Below, piece after piece: positions 10,001 through 18,384 of a stretch of DNA of 64,000 bases. The position numbers and the translations under genes were made by a program. The DNA lies in IMG/VR virus record IMGVR_UViG_3300009163_000026, positions 1 through 64,000 of that record; one strand, written 5' to 3'. The stretch comes from a virus. The first letter of the stretch is position 1; each line of letters starts with the position of its first letter. The notes under the pieces were generated by a model. It worked only from the letters and a program-made list of their open reading frames with translations, was not told where the DNA came from and did no database searches.

Positions 10001-11261
10001 TTGAGATAAGACCGGAAATATTATGAATAGACTCTTGTAACTCAGTACGTACCGTGTCGAGCTTAGCGTCAGAATTATTAACAATATCTACTGCAGCATT
10101 TATTTCATCTTTAGCTGCATTAACAGTCCTCTCTACTACAGTAAATTTATTTGTAATAATATCTGCTGTTTTTTCTACAGCATCAATTTTGTTTTCTGTA
10201 AATTGTATTTTATCTAAGAGCTCTTCCTTTGTATTTGTAATGGTAGACTTAAGATCGTTACCTGTATATAAAATAGATTCTTCTAGTTGTGTCTTAACAT
10301 TACCGATACGGCTAAGAGCCTTATTGCTACTCTTGTTTATAAGATCGTTTAATTCAACGTTGGCCTGCTCTAAGCCATTCAGAGAACCACTGTATTCACC
10401 TAATATCTCTTTCATCTCCCCTTTCAACCGACTATCTCTTTGTTCGGTTAGCTTATTTAGGGAAGTTGTGATAGCTTCAAAACGAGAGGTAATATCCTTA
10501 TTTGTCTTCTTATTATTAGAGTCAATCTCTTTAAGCAGAACACCAGATAAGACATTTGTAGCGAGCTCATTTATCTTCTCACTAAATACTTTCTCAGCTT
10601 GCTCATTCTTGTCTTCTATGTCCTTAGACAAGCCATCTGATAAACTATCTAAAGACTCCTTAATAAACAAAACAAGTCTCGTCTTTTCACCTTCGTTGAA
10701 TTCATAAAACTCACTCTTTACATTTTCAACTAACGAGAGGAATTCATTTAGCAAGCTCTTCCTAGACTCACCTATCTCCTCATCAAGAATTTGCTGCTTA
10801 TCATTAAAAAATTTAGTAGTCTCTCTAAGCTTCTGCTGCTTGAGCTCCTTTACATATTGTTCTGCTGATTGCTTAGCTTGATGAATCTCTTTAAGAATAG
10901 ACTCCTTTTTCTCAAAGACAATATCCTCAATTTCATTCTCATGCTCTACAAACTGAATAATTGACTCCTTAGCCTCTTGTACAGCAGGTCCAACAAACGT
11001 AGAGTTAGCCTTGTTAAATAAAATTTCAAATTTGCCTCGTTGTAATACAAACGATGCCGTAAATTCCTTACCTTCCAATACTAGCGGAATATCTACGACA
11101 GGCGATCCCTTATATGTGGATACTTTTTCTGCAATAAACTTTTTCCCGTTTATCTCAAACTCAAAAACATCGAAAAAGACTTCATTGTAGTCTTTAACTG
11201 TTAAGATGTTAAGGTTTGAGCTAGTATAGGTAGGTACTACCTTTTCGCTAAACAGTCTCAT
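7020..11261 (-). CDS. Giant fibre/adhesin: coiled coil plus beta-helix repeats
   Basis: ~640 aa coiled coil, GGTMNGNLNVTG neck, many 14-aa YSTIGGGxxNTA repeats, distinct C-terminal domain; TATAAATA upstream. Confidence 0.7.
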   Translation of the reverse strand: MRLFSEKVVPTYTSSNLNILTVKDYNEVFFDVFEFEINGKKFIAEKVSTYKGSPVVDIPLVLEGKEFTASFVLQRGKFEILFNKANSTFVGPAVQEAKESIIQFVEHENEIEDIVFEKKESILKEIHQAKQSAEQYVKELKQQKLRETTKFFNDKQQILDEEIGESRKSLLNEFLSLVENVKSEFYEFNEGEKTRLVLFIKESLDSLSDGLSKDIEDKNEQAEKVFSEKINELATNVLSGVLLKEIDSNNKKTNKDITSRFEAITTSLNKLTEQRDSRLKGEMKEILGEYSGSLNGLEQANVELNDLINKSSNKALSRIGNVKTQLEESILYTGNDLKSTITNTKEELLDKIQFTENKIDAVEKTADIITNKFTVVERTVNAAKDEINAAVDIVNNSDAKLDTVRTELQESIHNISGLISTDIKKDITKLKKDLTEQISITEDKVDLTGKNTTLVEQEVHVLKRTVDKSATDTDDRFNALIHNVDANVVSVDKKIKSVSKNITEQLGVVTNSIDRLTVKSISLDSNIKELEDKIILAEDNIITFYDERINLVETKVTDLTEENKQYFINLIEESKQALLEQISNIKVDVPNIIVEQSNGSQEVDLKGVKSELEKIIGTKFTTEISALKRLIEMSSGGGSVAKQFANGGTMNGNLNVTGTIFKNGVDILTLIGGGGGAYTLVNATSSIQPVRGFNTASCIYSNVAGGCNNTVYGNYSSVVGGLSNKVNCSDYSSIAGGCSNNICWTPGSNVAGGYYNTVCGSFSNIAGGYCNTSSGDYTAYTSIGGGFENTICWFSPGSTIAGGKFNTASGYYSTIAGGCFNKTCAYMSTVGGGYCNTASGDYSTVAGGCYNTTCGVYSSVLGGLSSIAYGQYSTITGGSCNAASGSYSNIAGGRWNTTKSDHDTIGGGWCNLTCTSSCYYGSNTIGGGSSNTISSYYACHTIGGGFCNCVCVSGPQFGGAIGGGAYNSVKCGYSTIGGGNSNEAWGWVSTIGGGSTNTASNSYATIGGGSTNKACGLYSTIGGGFGNTITCSGYWSTITGGRGNSASSYYSTVAGGQDNSTSSCYSIVAGGLNNNITATGNYSGILGGCSNQVSHINSFTIGSSLTSTAANTTYMNNVQTSGDLTVQGTLSAKTYLGMLASTPIVVTNGVISLSTTLPNNYTFSSTTRPTSNGTGVPLSASLITRSDGDFRYAISPLRQISFNNWSYWSSTTTTGGSIQTAGSVLRVEAGNGSSAGKALASFSSNTRHYVGIAPTGTFTGIDFANKVNCNFAAVSRSFNIATSINWAFIFGELSGSTATAGLSSHIIAGAGSSIGWVGLQCLSGNVTIVTANGTNALQTSSTVDTWQNGYNNKGYRLEILSGTIYLYNSSSTLLGTLTGAPTTSKGLVAAVLVDSTAITSQIGIIVQNCSFDW

Positions 11262-11309
11262 AACTGTATTTATATATAAGGGTAAAATATACTACCCTTT
11301 ATTATAGCA

Positions 11310-11630
11310 TTACCTAATCGGATTAGAACTAAAGAATTGAGTCCTGTAGTATATCTTCCCTGCGGTTGCTGCTTTAGCAGAGACCTCACTAGCATTAGTA
11401 AGGCCGAGTATTGCTACTCTTTCACCAATATCTATTTGAAATGCAAACGGCTCAGCGCTAAACCCGTTATCATAAACACTAAGAAGGCCAGTGGTGGTGT
11501 TATGTATCGTAAGTTGCGAGCAAGGCTGTGTAGAGAGCTGAGTCATACTCGTATTAATAGTTAAATTAAATGATCTACATACATTACTATTATAAAAGGT
11601 AGAACCGTTATTACTTGTTGGTACAGGCAT
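11310..11630 (-). CDS. Hypothetical late protein
   Basis: 106 aa ORF, TAAATA 5 nt upstream. Confidence 0.55.
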   Translation of the reverse strand: MPVPTSNNGSTFYNSNVCRSFNLTINTSMTQLSTQPCSQLTIHNTTTGLLSVYDNGFSAEPFAFQIDIGERVAILGLTNASEVSAKAATAGKIYYRTQFFSSNPIR

Positions 11631-11651
11631 TTAATTATTTAGTCTAAAAAT

Positions 11652-11683
11652 AAAAAACCCCGCTGTAATTAATTACAGCGGGG
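11652..11683 (-). terminator. Terminator after queF
   Basis: Palindrome ccccgctgtaatt/aattacagcgggg with U-tract on minus strand. Confidence 0.8.
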
Positions 11684-11698
11684 GTAAGTTAAAGTAAT

Positions 11699-12643
11699 TT
11701 ACTGCTTAGGTGTCTTAACATGTAGGATAGTTTCATCACTTAATGTATAATGAAGTCGACTTTTATTAGAAACTCGTTCCGGGTTAATATCCCAACCTCC
11801 ACGCCTTGCATATAAACACTTTACAGATAATTCATCGGGTTGTAATACATCCCATAAGCGTTTATATATGGCCTCGCAAATCTCCTCATGAAAATGACAC
11901 TCATCACGAAATGATACAATATATCTTAGTAAGGAGATAGGATCAACAGTCTTCTTACCTTTAATTGTAATATAAACATCTCCAGTATCAGGCTGAGCTG
12001 TAACCCTACATCTCGATCTTAATAAGGCACTATGGTATCTATCCTTATCACTAACAACAGAATCAATTACAGTAAGTAGCTCCGGTGACTCAACATATAC
12101 ATCAAACACTTCATTCTCTATAGGATACTCATCTTCTAACGTAATGAATGAAGTCTTAAGTTCACGTTGATGTGACCACTCATTAGTTGCAAGAGTAAAC
12201 TCTCGAAGCGCTTCATAGTTAGAATGCACCTTAACAGCTACTTTAGTTTCAAGCAATTCAGAAAGATCTTTAATAGCTTTTTCTGTAATATTAGCAAGTA
12301 CCTCAGCTGCCGTTCTACCTAGCTTAGTCATACTAAACGAGTTAAAATAAAGCTTTGTCGATTTAGACTCAACAATATACTTACTACTACAATCATAAAC
12401 AAACTTACAAATACCGACTACAGGTAAACCATTATCAGTAAGACCTGTAACTTCATATCCATTCCAGGTATCACTACCTTCAAACGGAAGATCTTCATCT
12501 TCAAGACCGAGATGAGTTCTATTTGACTGACGAGGTTCGCGTACTAGTAATTGAGGATCATATACAGATGCATACTCTGATGATTTACCTAAATGCTTAC
12601 TAATGTTAGAATTATCTAATACTATTTGTTGTTGTTTTGCCAT
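11699..12643 (-). CDS. queF: NADPH-dependent preQ0 reductase (bimodular QueF)
   Basis: YDPQLL..PR, D.WNGYE, IVESKSTKLYFNSF, catalytic CRVT.QPD, FHEEICE, YARRGG.DINP. Confidence 0.92.
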   Translation of the reverse strand: MAKQQQIVLDNSNISKHLGKSSEYASVYDPQLLVREPRQSNRTHLGLEDEDLPFEGSDTWNGYEVTGLTDNGLPVVGICKFVYDCSSKYIVESKSTKLYFNSFSMTKLGRTAAEVLANITEKAIKDLSELLETKVAVKVHSNYEALREFTLATNEWSHQRELKTSFITLEDEYPIENEVFDVYVESPELLTVIDSVVSDKDRYHSALLRSRCRVTAQPDTGDVYITIKGKKTVDPISLLRYIVSFRDECHFHEEICEAIYKRLWDVLQPDELSVKCLYARRGGWDINPERVSNKSRLHYTLSDETILHVKTPKQ

Positions 12644-12649
12644 AAATTA

Positions 12650-13243
12650 TTATATTTTAGTCTTATAAGGATGCAAGTTTCTATTAAACACTGTGTTTAA
12701 TCCCATTGTCTCGAACTTACTCATCATAAACGTCATTCGATCTCTAACTGGACCTGCAACTCTTAAAACCTTTGATTGCGGAATAGTAGACATATACTTT
12801 TCGAACAGTTCGATTATTTGATTCCTAAATTCTACATTAATACTTCTCTCACCATCATTATCAACCGGTACGTCTTCTGGTTGCGTATACACAATGAGAT
12901 CATACTTATCTATAGTATTATCAAATACCCAACGCGCATGAGTATAAGCCCCCATAGAAACACTTCCATACTCACACAGCCAATGAGTATAAACTAAACC
13001 ATCTAAAGAGCATCTATCAAGAACAGTAGGTATATCGCGCTTAGTATAAGCATTCCGCAAATGCTCACCTGCAATCATCATTTGCGTTACATCATTACCA
13101 CCCTCATTAATCGGTAAGTCATACTCCCTCTTTACAAGTCTTGTAATCTCAGGAATATAGTTCCACTCAGGAATTATATCTTGACATACCTTTAGTAGAG
13201 TACTCTTACCCGTACTTTGCGCACCACTAAAGCTAATTAACAT
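12650..13243 (-). CDS. P-loop nucleotide (dNMP-like) kinase
   Basis: GAQSTGKST Walker A and LDR...D...Y motif. Confidence 0.7.
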   Translation of the reverse strand: MLISFSGAQSTGKSTLLKVCQDIIPEWNYIPEITRLVKREYDLPINEGGNDVTQMMIAGEHLRNAYTKRDIPTVLDRCSLDGLVYTHWLCEYGSVSMGAYTHARWVFDNTIDKYDLIVYTQPEDVPVDNDGERSINVEFRNQIIELFEKYMSTIPQSKVLRVAGPVRDRMTFMMSKFETMGLNTVFNRNLHPYKTKI

Positions 13244-13800
13244 ACAGTATTATAGTACTCTTTAGTAAAAAAATCAATCCATGATGTTAACGATGTTCGA
13301 CGCGCAACATTATATGTCTCCTCTAATGAGGTACAGTTAACATAGGATAGCTGTGACGCACATATTATGTCACCGCAATCTACTTCTGCAGTAACCTTAT
13401 GGATTACACTACCCACATACATAAAGTCAGAGATATTCGCCCACACTTTATCAACCGGATCCTTACCTTTAAGTTGCGGGTAGTAATTAATCAACCCAGG
13501 ATGTCCGTTGTATATTGTAAACTCCTCGCATATCTCAGGCGGTATAATATTAAGCCATCCATGCAAGGTAATAATATCGTAGTCACCTAAAAAATTTCTG
13601 AAGTAATCAAGCTTCGCAGCAGGGGTAAGCTTTCTATAAGCCCGCCACATTACCTTCTTGCAATTTTGCTCAATGCGTTCATCTACCTTATTATCAACTT
13701 TAACATTATCAGAAATAACAAGGTCAGGGTATCTACCTATAGCTTCAGACAAATTACATATCTCTGAACCCGTCTGTGAAAAGAGAGCTAACCAGGTCAT
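13237..13800 (-). CDS. PurN-like formyltransferase (candidate DpdN)
   Basis: ALFSQTGS, LHGWL.II, YNGHPGL...P..KG.DP, GSVIH.VT.EVD.G.II. Confidence 0.8.
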   Translation of the reverse strand: MTWLALFSQTGSEICNLSEAIGRYPDLVISDNVKVDNKVDERIEQNCKKVMWRAYRKLTPAAKLDYFRNFLGDYDIITLHGWLNIIPPEICEEFTIYNGHPGLINYYPQLKGKDPVDKVWANISDFMYVGSVIHKVTAEVDCGDIICASQLSYVNCTSLEETYNVARRTSLTSWIDFFTKEYYNTVC

Positions 13801-14606
13801 CCGTTACAGATCTTACTAAATTCTTCAATATTATAAAAAATATCGTCTTCTTGTTCTCCCGTTAGTTCGCAATTAATTAGATCTGCAAGCATTACTTTCG
13901 GCTTATTATACAGGCCAATACCTTTTAGGTACCGTTGATTTAGTATACCAGCAACAACAGGGTTTGAGGTATCAACGCTACGAATATTTGTAATATTCTT
14001 ATAATACTGATACTTAAATTCACGAGCTAAAGAGCATCCAAGTAAGTGAGTTGGTTTTTCATTATTCCAGATACCATCCGCTATCAACATACTAATAAAC
14101 TTACGACGACCATCGGCCATCCTCTCAAGCGTAGCTAGAGCAGGGTCTATACTCGTCGACTTACCTATGACTTGGTAATATGAATAATCAAACGAAATAG
14201 CAATATAATCAGAATACTCTTCCATATATCTATAGCATTTTACCAACTCATCATACGTCTTACCCTGCACTACCCCCACCTTAAGCCCAGGTAAATGCGG
14301 GTAGTTCATTACAAACTTATGATAAGATGCAATAGTATCGTTGCACTCTTCCAGAACATCAGGTATGATATAGTAAGTTGGCTTTAGCTCCTCAATATAT
14401 TTAGCAAACTTTGAACCATCAAATGCAACACCGAGCTCGAAGATTGAGTTATCAAGCATTACTTCACGTCCTAGGAATAGTGTGGATTTAAAAAAGGTAT
14501 AGTATTTAGGATGAGACTCGAAGAGGTGAACGAGTGCGTACTGAAAGTCAGTCTTTCGACCGACTTCTCCTAATATAGAAATAGGCGCTTCATGTGCAAT
14601 TAACAT
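13797..14606 (-). CDS. TGT-fold protein (candidate DpdA3-like deazaguanine transglycosylase)
   Basis: MLDNS, IPDV, GVVQG, HLLG, SVDTS motifs in TGT order; operon with queF. Confidence 0.65.
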   Translation of the reverse strand: MLIAHEAPISILGEVGRKTDFQYALVHLFESHPKYYTFFKSTLFLGREVMLDNSIFELGVAFDGSKFAKYIEELKPTYYIIPDVLEECNDTIASYHKFVMNYPHLPGLKVGVVQGKTYDELVKCYRYMEEYSDYIAISFDYSYYQVIGKSTSIDPALATLERMADGRRKFISMLIADGIWNNEKPTHLLGCSLAREFKYQYYKNITNIRSVDTSNPVVAGILNQRYLKGIGLYNKPKVMLADLINCELTGEQEDDIFYNIEEFSKICNG

Positions 14607-14610
14607 AATA

Positions 14611-14629
14611 TTATTATAATATAGTTCCT
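14611..14629 (-). promoter_or_regulatory. GGAAC-N5-TATAAT promoter of the deazaguanine operon
   Basis: aaGGAACtatatTATAATaatattATG on minus strand. Confidence 0.7.
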
Positions 14630-14696
14630 TATCAAACTCAAGTAATAAAATAAGTATAAATGTGGTTAAATGTGGAGCTGTATATAAATAATAATT

Positions 14697-15572
14697 ATGG
14701 CTGGCTTTTCTTTCGACTTCGACCCTGCAGCATTTTTAGAATCAGCTGTAGGTAAAGCAACTGAAGCAGTTAAAGCGCAAGTAGCAGGTCAAATAGCAAT
14801 TGCTAAGGGTGCTCTTGCTGGTGTAACTAGTATAGCTTCTGGTATAGCCTCAGGTGTAACAGGGGTAGCTGCCAGTGTAGGTGGGTTGGCTGCTGGTGTA
14901 GGTGGGTTAGCTTCTGGTGTAGGTGGGTTAGCTTCTGGTGTAGGTGGGTTAGCTTCTGGCTTAGGGACAATGAGTGCAATGTCTAATATATTATCGCTAG
15001 GCGGAGCATTGATTAACAAAGTAAATTCAATAACATCAGTTGCAAAAGGTATTTTATGCTTACCATCAATAATTTCAGGGCTACCAGGTATTCTAGGGAA
15101 TGTAGCAGGTCAATTATTAAATTCGCTTACGGGTCGTATAAACGGTATTGTATCTGGAATGGTTGGTTTAGTTTCAAGTATTATAGATGAGCAGATTAAT
15201 AAGGTGCTCGGTGTGGTTAATAAGCTACTACAATTCGAAGCGTTAATACTTGCAACGATAGGTGTTATTGAACAAACAATTCTCGGTATTTTAGGACTTG
15301 TTAATGACGCATTTAATTTTACTAAAGATCAAGAGAATTGTAGGTTTGCAGCAGCAGAACTACTTAAATGTATTACAGGCTCTATTGTAAATGATATGAG
15401 CAATAAGCTTGCTTTAAACGCAGCTACTAATGCAAACGTCAAATCTAATATATTTAATAACGCGTTACAAAAAATGAAAGCGCCAGGTAATGTTATTGAA
15501 AGACATGTAGGTAAAATAAGTAACTCTGTGGATAAAGCTGTAAGGCAAGTAGCTGCATCAAGACTTTTGTAA
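14697..15572 (+). CDS. Gly/Ala-rich late structural protein (baseplate region)
   Basis: TATAAATA upstream; GVGGLAS repeats; coupled to the gp5-like gene. Confidence 0.55.
   Translation: MAGFSFDFDPAAFLESAVGKATEAVKAQVAGQIAIAKGALAGVTSIASGIASGVTGVAASVGGLAAGVGGLASGVGGLASGVGGLASGLGTMSAMSNILSLGGALINKVNSITSVAKGILCLPSIISGLPGILGNVAGQLLNSLTGRINGIVSGMVGLVSSIIDEQINKVLGVVNKLLQFEALILATIGVIEQTILGILGLVNDAFNFTKDQENCRFAAAELLKCITGSIVNDMSNKLALNAATNANVKSNIFNNALQKMKAPGNVIERHVGKISNSVDKAVRQVAASRLL
14875..14958 (+). repeat. 21-nt tandem repeat (GVGGLAS)
   Basis: ggtgtaggtgggttagcttct units. Confidence 0.85.
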
Positions 15573-16261
15573 TGATAAATACACTATACATAGGAACAGT
15601 TATAAGTAACGCTGATTATACACAGAATGTCAACGCGCAGTATCAAGGTAAGGTGTTGGTAAAAATTCCTGGCTTATCAATAACAGGTATAGATAAGATG
15701 CAATATAAGACTGCTGGTGCAGGGGGTGATTTAACTGCAGGTGTTATAAGTAAGCTCGAAGAATCGGAAGTATGGGCATATGTAATATCACCTATAACGG
15801 GTGAAAGTTCGCAAGGTAAATATAATAGATCGAAGGATATCTCTTCGCTTAGTGATGGTAATATAATGTCTACGTTTAATGAATGTAGTCGGTACTCTAG
15901 TCCTCCTTCTGAGCAATTTAAATCACAGACGTTTGATGGTCATGCTGCAGGACCTGCTGTAAATATGTCAGCAGGTGTTAATCCTTACGGTAATAGTTAC
16001 GTAACAGAAAATTATGGTAATTCAGGCAAAGGTTCTTTTAGTGTGCCAGGTATAAATTCAAAAGTTTTAGTCGGGTTTATAGGTGGTGCAAGAGGTCTTC
16101 CTGTTGTATTAGGTAAGTTAAACTCAAGTACTGAATTTGAACAGATATATGGATCTGGAAATGCTTACCCTGACTATCCTAATATATTTGAGAATACCTC
16201 TGTTACGCCACCTGGTGCAATAACACCTAATAGCACCACAGTTACTATAGCAACACCATAA
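15572..16261 (+). CDS. gp5/VgrG N-terminal OB-fold protein
   Basis: G.V..N.D...GKV.V.IPG, WAYV..P, F.VPGINSKVLVGFIGG...PVVLG. Confidence 0.7.
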   Translation: MINTLYIGTVISNADYTQNVNAQYQGKVLVKIPGLSITGIDKMQYKTAGAGGDLTAGVISKLEESEVWAYVISPITGESSQGKYNRSKDISSLSDGNIMSTFNECSRYSSPPSEQFKSQTFDGHAAGPAVNMSAGVNPYGNSYVTENYGNSGKGSFSVPGINSKVLVGFIGGARGLPVVLGKLNSSTEFEQIYGSGNAYPDYPNIFENTSVTPPGAITPNSTTVTIATP

Positions 16262-16328
16262 ATTGCAGTTATTAGTGCTTGAGGAATAAATGTTTGTATA
16301 AGCTATAATAATATCAACCGTTAATACT

Positions 16329-17702
16329 ATGAAAACACCGTCTCCAAAAGATATACCAAACAACAATCCCAACGAAACTGATAACTATAGAAACAAGCAT
16401 GTTGAAAATCATACCGCAGGAGCTATAACAGTTAATAATTCTACAGGTAGAGAGTATATACATCTAGCGCATAAATCAGGCAGTCACCTGACAATGGCTA
16501 ACCAAGCAACATCTGAATTTAATCCTAATAATAGACAGACATTAACAAACGGTGATACATACCATACTACAAAGGGTAGTAACTACGTAATGGCGCAGCA
16601 GTCAGAGCACAGAATCTTTGGCGATTTAACATTTATTACAGGTGATAATAATCTGTTTACTACTCCTTTAGTTGATAACTATATGAAGGAGCAAAATAAG
16701 CTAGCAGCTGCTAAATCAAGTCCAGAAGTATTACAACCAGGATTTGGTAACGTTACAGGAGCATCACACAAAGCTGTGGGTGGCATACCTGATCCGAAAA
16801 CTGGTTCTACACAAGATGTTAATTTTTCACCAAACCCCGTTCATACAAATATTCAAGAGTTGTATAAAGATACACAAAAAAAACTTACACCTTATGAAAA
16901 ACAAATGGGTAACGGTGGTAGTATTAAATTTCAATCTGGTAAAGATATATTGATACAAGCAGGTACTGCTGCAACTAACTTCGATACTGTCTTTATAAAT
17001 CCTATCGGTCGTAAAGTAGTTTCAAACTTAAAATCAGATGGTACCAAAATTACTAAAATTGAAACTTCTGCCCCTTATTTTGAAGAAAAAGATGTCGCAT
17101 CAGGAATACCATTTGGTAATATACATATATTAGCGAGTAATAAGTTAGATTTTAACTCTGCAGCAGGTGGTATAGCGTTCGGCACATCGGGGCCGATAAG
17201 ACTTGCAGGTAAGGGCATAACTACTATCGGAGGCGCTCAGGTTAATATTACCGGAAGTGCAGGTGGAGGTGCGACAGGACATGTGTTTATAGCTGCAGGA
17301 GATTTATTAGAACTTGAAGGTGGTAATATAAATATAAAATCAGCTGTTGATGTAGTCATCGAGCCTGGCTTAAGTGTAATTGGTAATCAGATAGTTAATG
17401 GAGATCTTACTGTAGGGGGTAATTTAACAGTCATGGGTAATATTAAATGCCTTGGAGATATATTAGCAGTTAAAAACATAACTACTAACAAAAATTTACA
17501 AGTTGACATAGATACAAATATTAAAGGTGATTTAAATGTTAAGGGTAGTGTACGTGTTGATCGAAATGTAGAAGTGAAAGGTACAATAAAAGCCAAGGGT
17601 AATATATCGTCTGATGTTGATGTAAAGGCTGGTAATATATCATTAAAAAATCATAGACATCAAGAACAAGGTGATGGGAATTTAGTTAGCGCACCTATTT
17701 AG
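16329..17702 (+). CDS. Central spike beta-helix protein (gp5 C-terminal/gpV-like)
   Basis: EYIHLAHKSGS, V.G.L.V.G repeats, terminal SLKNHRH metal-binding apex. Confidence 0.75.
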   Translation: MKTPSPKDIPNNNPNETDNYRNKHVENHTAGAITVNNSTGREYIHLAHKSGSHLTMANQATSEFNPNNRQTLTNGDTYHTTKGSNYVMAQQSEHRIFGDLTFITGDNNLFTTPLVDNYMKEQNKLAAAKSSPEVLQPGFGNVTGASHKAVGGIPDPKTGSTQDVNFSPNPVHTNIQELYKDTQKKLTPYEKQMGNGGSIKFQSGKDILIQAGTAATNFDTVFINPIGRKVVSNLKSDGTKITKIETSAPYFEEKDVASGIPFGNIHILASNKLDFNSAAGGIAFGTSGPIRLAGKGITTIGGAQVNITGSAGGGATGHVFIAAGDLLELEGGNINIKSAVDVVIEPGLSVIGNQIVNGDLTVGGNLTVMGNIKCLGDILAVKNITTNKNLQVDIDTNIKGDLNVKGSVRVDRNVEVKGTIKAKGNISSDVDVKAGNISLKNHRHQEQGDGNLVSAPI

Positions 17703-17730
17703 TCTTAGTTAATTAGTCATTTGCTAGCTA

Positions 17731-18375
17731 TTATAAAATCTGATCAATTAGTCCGAACTCTAAGCATTTAGCAGCATCAAACCAAAGATCGTGCTTTAAT
17801 ATCTCATCGATTTGCTTCATTGGTACTTTTGTGTACTGTTTATATACATCCTTTATCATTTTCATAATACGGCGATTGCTTTCCATCTCATCTTCCATTT
17901 CAGAAAACTTACCGTAGACGCCAGATGATAGTTGATGAATTAGCATCATTGAATTTTTACCTATAAACCGCTTCTTACCTGCTACAGAAATAATTGTTGC
18001 AGCTGAGGCGGCAGCTCCATCGATATAAGTATGTACATCACAACTAAGACTTCTAATTGCATCTAAGATAGCCATACCTGCAAATACAGAGCCGCCATAT
18101 GAATTAATTCTTAGCTTAATGTGTGGTGTAAAATCAGGCCCAAGAAAATTGAGTGTATTTTTAAGCTTAATATCAAGTTCGTAGAGTATAGTATTAAGAT
18201 CGAGAGCAGATTGCTCTGTTATATCTGAATAAAAGAAAATACAATTTTCTACTACCCGTATATTACTATTTACAGCTCCGCCAGATGCAGCTGTATTAAT
18301 AAAGATCTGCTGATTTTTATTTTCTGCATCTAATTCAGCTTCCTCGTTACCATTTAGGTTATATTTCCATTTCAT
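17731..18375 (-). CDS. clpP: ClpP-like protease
   Basis: INSYGGSVFAG, AASAATII, MLIHQ, DLWFDA..CLEFGLID. Confidence 0.88.
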   Translation of the reverse strand: MKWKYNLNGNEEAELDAENKNQQIFINTAASGGAVNSNIRVVENCIFFYSDITEQSALDLNTILYELDIKLKNTLNFLGPDFTPHIKLRINSYGGSVFAGMAILDAIRSLSCDVHTYIDGAAASAATIISVAGKKRFIGKNSMMLIHQLSSGVYGKFSEMEDEMESNRRIMKMIKDVYKQYTKVPMKQIDEILKHDLWFDAAKCLEFGLIDQIL

Positions 18376-18384
18376 AAGATTTAA

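Noticed and set aside
13797-14606. Canonical tRNA-guanine transglycosylase (tgt)
   Set aside because: Too short, lacks the C-terminal Zn-binding CxCxxC motif, and context points to DNA modification
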